From an uncultured Actinomycetes bacterium (GTDB lineage Bacteria; Actinomycetota; Thermoleophilia; UBA2241), in the NCBI GenBank assembly GCA_963709345.1, contig CAVPVX010000011.1:192001-256000 (forward strand): 64,000 nt of DNA, given 5' to 3'. This document shows, piece after piece, positions 54,178-64,000 of the stretch (position 1 is its first letter; each line of letters begins with the position of its first letter). The notes below the pieces were generated by a model. It was not told the DNA's origin, made no database searches, and saw nothing but the letters and a program-made list of their open reading frames with translations. Made by a program: the position numbers and the translations under genes.

Positions 54178-54738
54178 CTGTCACCTGACTACCTCATCAA
54201 CCCCGCTGCCCGTGAGCATCTCGAGGCGCTTCCGGCCATCGAGTTGCGCGCCGCGACCCGTTTCTCCGGGTATGACGTCCCGCCCAGCGTGTTCGCGGAG
54301 GCGACCCCGGCCGCGGTCTTTGCGACCGCGCAGGCCGAGGGCCACCTCTGGGTCGCACTCGCCTCGGTTGGCGAGTGCGTAGGCTTTGCGCTTGTCGCGC
54401 CCTCGGGTAGACGCCTCCATCTCGCGGAGCTCGACGTCCTGCCCGAACATGGTGGCCGCGGCATAGGCAGCGCGCTTGTGGGCGAGGTTGAGCGCTGGGC
54501 TAGTGAGGCTCGCTTCGCCGAGCTCACCCTGACGACCTACCGCGACGTGGCCTGGAACGCGCCCTTCTACGTGCGGCTGGGCTTTGCGATCGTCGAGTCG
54601 GCCGCACTCGACGCCGAGCTCACGGCGCGGTTGGCGGCTGAGGCCGAGCGGGGGCTGGACTCGATGCCACGCGTTGCCCTGCGCAAACCGGTGGGTCGTC
54701 CAAGAAGCGCATCGAGCAGACAGGCCCCGCAGGCATGA
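54178..54738 (+). CDS. GNAT N-acetyltransferase (putative gene cassette)
   Basis: LPAIELRAA, LAELDVLPEHGGRGIG, TLTTYRDVAWNAPFY; start uncertain (CTG after AAGGA). Confidence 0.85.
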   Translation: MSPDYLINPAAREHLEALPAIELRAATRFSGYDVPPSVFAEATPAAVFATAQAEGHLWVALASVGECVGFALVAPSGRRLHLAELDVLPEHGGRGIGSALVGEVERWASEARFAELTLTTYRDVAWNAPFYVRLGFAIVESAALDAELTARLAAEAERGLDSMPRVALRKPVGRPRSASSRQAPQA

Positions 54739-54789
54739 TGGCTTCGAAGCGACGGCGATGGTCTGCTTCTCATGTGCGACCCGTTCGAT
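54698..54789 (+). mobile_element. Degenerate attC-like site
   Basis: GTCCAAG-AAGCG-CATCGAGC-AGACAGGCC...GGTCTG-CT-TCTCATG-TGCGACCC-GTTCGAT. Confidence 0.62.
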
Positions 54790-54926
54790 GCACGGACGGA
54801 TGCGGACCGAAGCCCCGGTCCAGCCGGGTTGAACCCGCGCAGGGACGGCCTCGGGTCCGGGACCACGCGGTGCGACATCGTGTAACGGACTCGAAGACCT
54901 GGACACGACGGGGAGGAGAAACGGGC

Positions 54927-55325
54927 ATGAAGAAGAGCGAATCGGAGGACAGCAGGTCTCCCTCCCAGCTGATAGACGCGAGAATCGAGGAACTGGGCGA
55001 TTGGCGGGGCAAGATGCTCAGCCGGCTTCGCACCCTGGTCGCGGAAGCCGATCCCGAGGTCGTCGAGGAGTGGAAGTGGCGAGGGGTCCCGGTGTGGTCG
55101 CACGACGGAATGGTCTGTACGGGCGAGACCTACAAGAACGTGGTGAAGATGACCTTCGCCAAGGGGGCGGCTCTGAAGGATCCGTCGGGCCTGTTCAACT
55201 CCAGTCTCGACGGGAACACGAGGCGTGCCATCGACTTTCATGAGGGCGAGGAGATAGACGAGGAGGCGCTCAAGACTCTCGTTCGCGCCGCCGTGACCCT
55301 GAACAGGTCCACAACTCGAAGCTGA
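54927..55325 (+). CDS. DUF1801 family protein
   Basis: [40 protein letters not shown]. Confidence 0.88.
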   Translation: MKKSESEDSRSPSQLIDARIEELGDWRGKMLSRLRTLVAEADPEVVEEWKWRGVPVWSHDGMVCTGETYKNVVKMTFAKGAALKDPSGLFNSSLDGNTRRAIDFHEGEEIDEEALKTLVRAAVTLNRSTTRS

Positions 55326-55393
55326 CCCACGGAATGGGGATAGGGTGCGTGGCCCGCCATTCCGAGTAGGCAAGGATCGACGGTCGGAGGACC

Positions 55394-55746
55394 GTGACTT
55401 CCTGGGATCCGAGCCGTTACCTGCGTTTCGCGGACCAGCGCACTCGGCCGTCGGTCGATCTGACGGCACGCGTCGCGCCGGTCGCTCCGCGAAGGTGATC
55501 GACCTCGGCTGTGGCCCGGGCAACAGCACCATGGTGCTGCGAGATCGCTGGCCTGAAGCCGGCGTGATCGGCCTGGACAGCTCATCGATCGTCTGTTTGC
55601 GGCCGTTCCTCGAGGTCCTCGACCGGTCGGAGGCTGCGCGGTTCAAGAACCAACTCGTCGGTCGGGTCGAGGGGGCGTATCGGCGCCGCGTCGACGGGCG
55701 CGTGCTCTTCCCGTTCCGCCGGACCTTCGTCATCACCTGCAAGTAG
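55394..55746 (+). pseudogene. tam: Trans-aconitate methyltransferase remnant with a frameshift and an internal deletion
   Basis: [20 protein letters not shown] and [10 protein letters not shown]...GLDSS joined directly to the C-terminal LRPFL...LFPFRRTFV. Confidence 0.75.
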
Positions 55747-55830
55747 GCGAGGGCTGCTTGCCTGGAGAAGCGAGGCAGCCTGCCTTCGTGCGATGGCGCC
55801 GGGCTCGCAAACCGCATACCCTACGGCTCG

Positions 55831-57318
55831 ATGAACGGCGACCCGCTGCATGATCTCGTTCTTCTCATCCGCTCTCGCTACGGGGCTTTGCTGATCGACA
55901 CGGCAGAAGAGGACCGCGCGGAGGCACTGGTGCAGCGCGCGGCAGAGCAGCTGCAGCTCGCGCTGTTCGTGTGGCGGCGCGCCTCGGGGCTCAAGCGGGT
56001 GGGCACGCTGACAGGCATCTACGGCACCCAGGACCCGCGCATGGCCCTCAGTCATGTCGTGAGCTCCGAGCTGCCGGCCCTGTACGTGTTCCACGGCCTC
56101 GGCCCCGACCTCGAGCGGCCTGAGGTGGCCGACCTTCTGCGCGAGGCGGCGCAGCGGCTGGTCGGCTTCTCGGGCGCCGTCGTGCTCTCCGGCGCCGGCG
56201 TCCACCTGCCCGAATCGCTGCGCACCGTGGTCGGCCCGGTGCGCGTGCCGGCCCCCACGCGCGAGGACTACCGGCGACTCCTGCGCCGCGTCGTCCACGA
56301 TGTCTCCACGCGGATGAAGGTCGACGATTCGCTGGCCCGGCAGGACGAAGACCGTCTGCTGGCCAATCTGCAGGGTCTGGCGCTCGCCGAGGCCGAGAAG
56401 CTGCTGACCCGGGCGATCGTCGAGGACGGTCGACTGTCCGCGGACGACCTCGCCCGCGTCGCCGCGGCCAAACGGGATCTGGTGGAGCGGGACGGCCTGC
56501 TGGAGTACTGCCCGGCTGCCGGATCCCTGGACGAGATCGCGGACCTCGTGCGGCTCAAGGAGTGGCTCGGAAAGCGACGGATGTTCATGGACGACCCGCA
56601 GCGGGCCACGCAGTTCGGCCTCGAGTTCCCGCGCGGCGTGCTGCTCGTGGGCGTGCCCGGATGCGGCAAGAGTCTCTGCGCCAAGGCGGTGGCCGCGGCG
56701 TGGGCGCTGCCGCTGGTGCGGCTCGACCCGGGCGCGCTGTACGACAAGTACGTGGGTGCGACCGAGCAGAACTTTCGCGAAGCGATGGGCTCCGCCGACC
56801 GGCTGGCGCCGCTGGTACTCTGGATCGACGAGATCGAGAAGGCGTTCGCAGCCGGCGGGGAGGAGGACAGCGGCACCTCCCAGCGCGTGCTCGGGACGTT
56901 CCTCTCGTGGCTGCAGGAGCGCAGAGGCGACGTGTTCGTGGTCGCGACGGCCAACGACGTTCAGCGGCTGCCGCCTGAGCTACTGCGCAAGGGCCGCTTC
57001 GACGAGACGTTCTTTGTGGATCTGCCCGACGAGGCGGCGAGGGCGATCATCTTCGCGATCCACCTGCGCAAGCGTAAGCAGGCGGTCGAGGGCTTTGACC
57101 TGCCCGTGCTGGCGCGCGAGAGCGAGGGCTACAGCGGCGCGGAGCTGGAGCAGGTCGTCGTCTCCGGTCTGTACACCGCGTTCGCGACGGACGCGCCGCT
57201 GACGGACCGTCTGCTGCTCGATGAGCTGCGACAGATGCCGCCGATCGTCTCGACCGCCCGCGAGAAGATCGCGGCGCTGCGCGCGTGGGCCGAAGGCCGG
57301 ACTGTCTCGGCCAACTGA
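55831..57318 (+). CDS. AAA+ ATPase (Ycf46-like)
   Basis: GVPGCGKS, LWIDEIEK, LLRKGRFDETFFVDLP. Confidence 0.88.
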   Translation: MNGDPLHDLVLLIRSRYGALLIDTAEEDRAEALVQRAAEQLQLALFVWRRASGLKRVGTLTGIYGTQDPRMALSHVVSSELPALYVFHGLGPDLERPEVADLLREAAQRLVGFSGAVVLSGAGVHLPESLRTVVGPVRVPAPTREDYRRLLRRVVHDVSTRMKVDDSLARQDEDRLLANLQGLALAEAEKLLTRAIVEDGRLSADDLARVAAAKRDLVERDGLLEYCPAAGSLDEIADLVRLKEWLGKRRMFMDDPQRATQFGLEFPRGVLLVGVPGCGKSLCAKAVAAAWALPLVRLDPGALYDKYVGATEQNFREAMGSADRLAPLVLWIDEIEKAFAAGGEEDSGTSQRVLGTFLSWLQERRGDVFVVATANDVQRLPPELLRKGRFDETFFVDLPDEAARAIIFAIHLRKRKQAVEGFDLPVLARESEGYSGAELEQVVVSGLYTAFATDAPLTDRLLLDELRQMPPIVSTAREKIAALRAWAEGRTVSAN

Positions 57319-57381
57319 CGGCGCGGGCGGACCGGTCGCTCGCGAGTCAAGCGCCGAATCAGGCAGTGGGGCGATGGACTC

Positions 57382-57570
57382 CTACAGGCTGGCCGACTGC
57401 TCGGCTCGGGGCGCCCAGTCCGGCAGGTCCCCGCCGGCCTGCTGCGTTCCCGCTCCGGAGGCCGGAGGCCGGTTCACCTGATCGCCGCCCGCCGAGGCGG
57501 CCGCCGGCGCCGCCAGGAAGACCGAAAGCATCGCTGTCAGCACCACTGCAGTCAGTTTGTTCCGAGTCAT
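57382..57570 (-). CDS. Short signal-peptide ORF, possibly a truncated secreted protein
   Basis: MTRNKLTAVVLTAMLSVFLAAPAAA; RBS-like GAAGGGAG upstream. Confidence 0.4.
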   Translation of the reverse strand: MTRNKLTAVVLTAMLSVFLAAPAAASAGGDQVNRPPASGAGTQQAGGDLPDWAPRAEQSASL

Positions 57571-57858
57571 CTTCGAGCTCCCTTCGTCCATCGGTTCATG
57601 TGTCTGTATCGGCAGACCGTCCGGGGGCGTTAGTCCTGTGCAGTGGTCGGGCGCCGAGTCGGATCGCATCCAGCGATGTGGCAGGCGTTGAACACTCTCG
57701 CTACAGTGAGCACCACGAGCGCAGCCTGGAGTCTTGCCCGCAGCCCCTGTCTCGCCTGGGTAGACTCAGCCTTGCGCCGGTGGGCCGAGCCTCGCGCCTT
57801 CCGGCCGGGGTTGTGTGGCATCGAGCAGCGTACCCGCCGACCGAAAGGAAGTGGCGTC

Positions 57859-58185
57859 ATGGCCGTGGATGCGGAGTTCGTCGAGTATGTCTCTGAGCAG
57901 ATGAGCGATGCCGGCCAGATCACCTCCCGGATGATGTTCGGCGGTTGTGCCATCTACTGCGACGGCAAGGTGGTCGCGCTGGTCGGGGACGACCGTCTCT
58001 ACGTGAAGCAGACGCCGGGTGGGAGAGCGTTTGTCGGCGATGCCGCGGAAGAGCCGCCGTATGAAGGCGCGAAGCCCCACTTCCTGATCGAAGAGAAGCT
58101 TGACGACCGCCACTGGCTTTCAGCCCTCATACGGATCACCGCGAGTGAGCTGCCTCAGCCCGAGCCGAAGAAACGGAAGCAGTAG
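57859..58185 (+). CDS. TfoX/Sxy N-terminal family protein
   Basis: RMMFGG, KVVALVGDDRLYVK, PPYEGAKPHF. Confidence 0.88.
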   Translation: MAVDAEFVEYVSEQMSDAGQITSRMMFGGCAIYCDGKVVALVGDDRLYVKQTPGGRAFVGDAAEEPPYEGAKPHFLIEEKLDDRHWLSALIRITASELPQPEPKKRKQ

Positions 58186-58225
58186 CCGATGGCCGTCCCC
58201 GGGGCCGAGTGCGCAAGGACGCACG

Positions 58226-59311
58226 GTGACTGACACGCATGGGCTGGAGGCCTTCGGCTACTCTCCGCGCTGGGAAGCGCTCTTTGAGCCCTACTCGGCC
58301 CTGGGTGTGACGCCGGCGCGGGTGATCCGCAGCGACCGCGGCAGCGCGCTCGTCGCCACACCGGACGGGACGGTGCGCGCCAAGCCGTCCGCTCGTCTGG
58401 TGAAGACCGCCAAGGGCGCCGGCGACCTGCCCGCCGTAGGCGACTGGGTGGCGGTGCTGGCCGGGGACGACTTCGACGTGCCTCTGATCGAGGCGGTGCT
58501 CCATCGCGCGAGCGCTATCACACGCGGCGACCCCGGCGGGAGCTCTGATCTGCAGGTGCTCGCCGCCAACGTCGACACGGTGTTCGTCGTGCACCCGATC
58601 GCCGAGTGGCCCAACCTCCGCCGCCTCGAGCGCGAGCTCTCGCTGGCGTGGGAGTCCGGCGCCGCCCCGGTCGTGGTCCTCACCAAGGCGGATCTATCGC
58701 CCGACCCGGACGCGGCGCGTGCGGCGGTGGAACCTGTCGCGCTTGGTGTAGACGTTCTCTCGACCAACGCACTCGCCGGTGACGGCGTGGAGCCGCTGGC
58801 CGGCTACATCTCTGGTCACCGCACCGCGGTGCTGATCGGTGCGTCCGGTGCCGGCAAGTCCACGCTCGTCAACGCACTGCTCGGCGAGGAGCGCCAAGCC
58901 ACTCGTGAGGTTCGCGAGAGCGACGGGCGTGGGCGCCACACGACCGTGACCCGCGAGCTGATCCCTATGGCGGGTGGCGGCGTGCTCATCGACACGCCCG
59001 GGCTGCGTTCGCTGGGCCTCACCGGGTCGGAAGCGGGGATTGCCTCGGCGTTCCCGGACATCGACGACCTGGCTCTGTCGTGCCGCTTCCGCGACTGCAC
59101 GCATCGCAAGGAGCCGGGGTGTGCGGTCGTGGCCGCTGTGGAGTCGGGAGCGCTGCCGTCGGAGCGCCTGGCGAGCTACCACAAGCTCATCCGCGAAGCC
59201 CAGGTCGCGGCCATGAAGACGGATCATCGCCTGCGTTCAGAAGAGGTCCGCAAGTGGAAGATCATCCACAAGTCGGTCAAGGGCCTGGACAAGCGGACCG
59301 GTCGCGGGTGA
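58226..59311 (+). CDS. rsgA: Ribosome small subunit-dependent GTPase A
   Basis: VGDWV, AANVD, TKAD, GASGAGKSTLVN, GRHTT, DTPG, CRFRDCTHRKEPGC. Confidence 0.93.
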   Translation: MTDTHGLEAFGYSPRWEALFEPYSALGVTPARVIRSDRGSALVATPDGTVRAKPSARLVKTAKGAGDLPAVGDWVAVLAGDDFDVPLIEAVLHRASAITRGDPGGSSDLQVLAANVDTVFVVHPIAEWPNLRRLERELSLAWESGAAPVVVLTKADLSPDPDAARAAVEPVALGVDVLSTNALAGDGVEPLAGYISGHRTAVLIGASGAGKSTLVNALLGEERQATREVRESDGRGRHTTVTRELIPMAGGGVLIDTPGLRSLGLTGSEAGIASAFPDIDDLALSCRFRDCTHRKEPGCAVVAAVESGALPSERLASYHKLIREAQVAAMKTDHRLRSEEVRKWKIIHKSVKGLDKRTGRG

Positions 59312-59326
59312 TGGGAGCCTGGGCGG

Positions 59327-59953
59327 ATGGCGGGCACAGGGAGCGATCTCTACAGCAAGTACCACAGCTCGAGGCAGGACGAGCGCCTCGGGCTCTTTCG
59401 CGGTCTTGTCGAGCGGTACGGCGTCTCGTCGGCGCTCTATCCCGGTTGCTTCGTCCACGTCACGCCGTCGTTCGTGATCCCCAGAGTCGTGTACATGGAC
59501 ACGGACGCCCGCGCCGCACGCTTCTTCAGCGGGCCGGCTGCGCTCGGTCTCGTGTGCAGTGAGCGCGAATATGCGGCGGATCCCCAAGTGACGTTCCATC
59601 GCGGCGACTACACGGCGCCCATCGCCGAGGACGACGAGGCCTTCGACCTGCTCATCTCGCAGTATGCGGGCTTCGTCTCCCGAGCCTGCAAGCGCCACCT
59701 GCTCGTCGGCGGTCACCTGGTCGCGAACAACAGCCACGGCGATGCCAGCATGGCGGCGCTGGACCCGGACTTCGACCTCGTCGCCGTGTACGGCCGCAGA
59801 GGTGAGACGTTCACGTTCACGTCCGACGAGCTGGAGACGTACATGCGACCCAAGCGCGGCGTGGCGCCCAGTCAGGCCGATCTGGAACGCACGAGGACCG
59901 GCCCCGCCTTCACTCGCGCGGCGGCGGGCTACGTGTTCCGGCGGACCGGGTGA
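59327..59953 (+). CDS. Hypothetical protein with weak methyltransferase-like features
   Basis: Open ORF with normal codon usage; ALYPGCFVH, FDLLISQYAG. Confidence 0.65.
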   Translation: MAGTGSDLYSKYHSSRQDERLGLFRGLVERYGVSSALYPGCFVHVTPSFVIPRVVYMDTDARAARFFSGPAALGLVCSEREYAADPQVTFHRGDYTAPIAEDDEAFDLLISQYAGFVSRACKRHLLVGGHLVANNSHGDASMAALDPDFDLVAVYGRRGETFTFTSDELETYMRPKRGVAPSQADLERTRTGPAFTRAAAGYVFRRTG

Positions 59954-60024
59954 GTGATCCACACGTCCGTGCGCAGGTACGGTCGTGTCGCAGGCGGCGG
60001 ACCAGCGAAAGGCAGGTCGAAGCG

Positions 60025-60384
60025 ATGGCGAAGAGACAGGTGGCCGCGTCCGTGGATGAGTACATCGCGGCGTTTCCCGAGGAGACTCGCGGGGTCCTGG
60101 AGGAGCTCCGGGCGCTCATCAGCGCCGCGGCACCCGGCGCGACGGAGAAGATGAGCTACGCGATCCCGACGTACTACCTGAACGGGAACCTGGTGCATTT
60201 TGCAGGCTACGAGAAGCACATGGGGTTCTACCCGGGCGCGAACGGGATCAGAGTATTCAAAGCCGAGCTGACGCCCTACAAGAGCGGCAAAGGGTCGATT
60301 CAGTTTCCCCTGGACGAGCCGTTGCCGGCGGACCTGATCCGCCGGATCGTCGAGTTCCGCGTAGCGGAGAACACGGCGGGCTGA
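60025..60384 (+). CDS. DUF1801/YdhG-like protein
   Basis: [29 protein letters not shown]. Confidence 0.88.
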   Translation: MAKRQVAASVDEYIAAFPEETRGVLEELRALISAAAPGATEKMSYAIPTYYLNGNLVHFAGYEKHMGFYPGANGIRVFKAELTPYKSGKGSIQFPLDEPLPADLIRRIVEFRVAENTAG

Positions 60385-60464
60385 GGCGCGTCGCGCAAGC
60401 CGCCGCCGCGTCCCGTACACTTGGCAGTACGTCAGAACACCACCCACGGGTCGAGAGGTCACGG

Positions 60465-61697
<1,233 letters not shown>

Positions 61698-61714
61698 GCG
61701 CCGGGACCCGCACG

Positions 61715-62716
61715 ATGACGCACGCAGGCCTTGGGGAAGGCGCACGAGGCGGCCGCCCGGCGCGCTACCGCGACGCGTTGCCGCAGCTGGGCGGTGAGCT
61801 CTTCCTCGCGGACGGCGGCATCGAGACGAGCATCATCGTACACGAGGGGCTGGAGCTCACGGACTTCGCGGTGTTCCCGCTGCTCGGCAGCCCCGAGGGG
61901 GAGGCGGCGCTGCGTCGCTACTACCGTCTCTATGCGGCGATCGCGCGGGCCCACGGCGTGGGGCTCGTACTCGAGAGCGCGACGTGGCGCGCGAGCCCCC
62001 GGTGGGGCGCCCGGCTGGGCTTCACCGCGGTGATGCTCGAGGAGAGCGATCGCAGGGCGATCCGCCTGCTCGAGGCCATGCGCGAGGAGTTCGAGGGCGG
62101 GCCGACGCGCATCGTCATCAGCGGTTGCGTCGGTCCGCGGTGCGACGGCTACGACCCCGCGGACGCGCCGTCCGAGGACGAGGCGGAGGCGTATCACGCC
62201 GCGCAGATCGCGGCGTTCGCCGGCACCTCCGCGGACATGGTCGCCGCTCTCACGCTGACGAGTATCGCGGAGGCCACAGGCATCGCGCGGGCGGCCGCGC
62301 GGGCCGGCATGCCGGTCGCGATATCATTCACCGTCGAGACCGACGGCCGGCTCGCGTCGGGCCAGAGCCTGGGGCAGGCGATCGAGGCAGTCGACGAGGC
62401 CACGTCGGCGTATCCGTCGTACTACATGGTCAACTGCGCCCACCCGGCGCACTTCCGCGACGTGCTCACCGCCGGCGGGCCCTGGGCTGCGAGGATCCGC
62501 GGCTTGCGCGCGAACGCCTCGCGCCTGAGCCACGCCGAGCTGGACGAGCTGCCGACGCCGGATGCCGGCGAGCCTGAGGAGCTGGGGCGCGAGTACGCGG
62601 CGCTTAAGCGGCGGCTGCCGCAGCTGAGCGTGCTCGGCGGGTGCTGCGGTACCGACCACCGGCACATCGACCACGTTGCGACGGCCTGCGGGCCGCTCTT
62701 CCCACATGGCTCGTGA
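61715..62716 (+). CDS. Homocysteine S-methyltransferase family protein
   Basis: ADGG, VNCAHP, GGCCGTD. Confidence 0.88.
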   Translation: MTHAGLGEGARGGRPARYRDALPQLGGELFLADGGIETSIIVHEGLELTDFAVFPLLGSPEGEAALRRYYRLYAAIARAHGVGLVLESATWRASPRWGARLGFTAVMLEESDRRAIRLLEAMREEFEGGPTRIVISGCVGPRCDGYDPADAPSEDEAEAYHAAQIAAFAGTSADMVAALTLTSIAEATGIARAAARAGMPVAISFTVETDGRLASGQSLGQAIEAVDEATSAYPSYYMVNCAHPAHFRDVLTAGGPWAARIRGLRANASRLSHAELDELPTPDAGEPEELGREYAALKRRLPQLSVLGGCCGTDHRHIDHVATACGPLFPHGS

Positions 62717-62738
62717 CAGGCGAGGCACCGGCGGCGGC

Positions 62739-64000
<1,262 letters not shown>

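Noticed and set aside
57580-57858. Further attC sites before tfoX (GTTAGTC, GCATCGAGCAG fragments)
   Set aside because: Only isolated fragments, with no complete paired arms

Overview
High-GC (~70%) bacterial chromosomal window. The gene content and TANNNT-type promoters suggest an anaerobic actinobacterial (Thermoleophilia-like) organism; this taxonomy is inference. Four blocks: (1) 1-16.5 kb amine/hydroxy-acid catabolism. A Dpp/Opp ABC importer, a non-pyrrolysine MttB methyltransferase, a class III aminotransferase, an archaeal-type (type II) GAPDH and PGK pair with altered substrate-phosphate motifs, and a LarA racemase converge on a 4-hydroxybutyrate operon (abfD, small Cys protein, CoA transferase, Fe-ADH). 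That operon is divergent from gdhA and a P-II gene. (2) 17-23 kb: three secreted Ig-repeat proteins sharing a basic C-terminal domain. (3) 23-44 kb glycan locus: ABC flippase-like exporter, methyltransferase, GT2/GT4s, FnlA/2-epimerase/RmlD-like enzymes, priming transferase and an O-antigen-ligase/TPR protein. (4) 44-64 kb: trxA/DUF302 behind a CsoR-like operator, ilvD-ilvB-ilvN, about 14 kb of small accessory genes including an attC-bracketed GNAT cassette, and ilvC. Many frameshifts between 12.6 and 44 kb look like sequencing or consensus errors. No rRNA, tRNA, CRISPR array, integrase or transposase was recognised. The best novel-system candidate is the GAPDH-II/PGK/LarA module acting on a non-phosphorylated 2-hydroxyaldehyde. 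All calls come from motif recognition by eye; no database searches were run.
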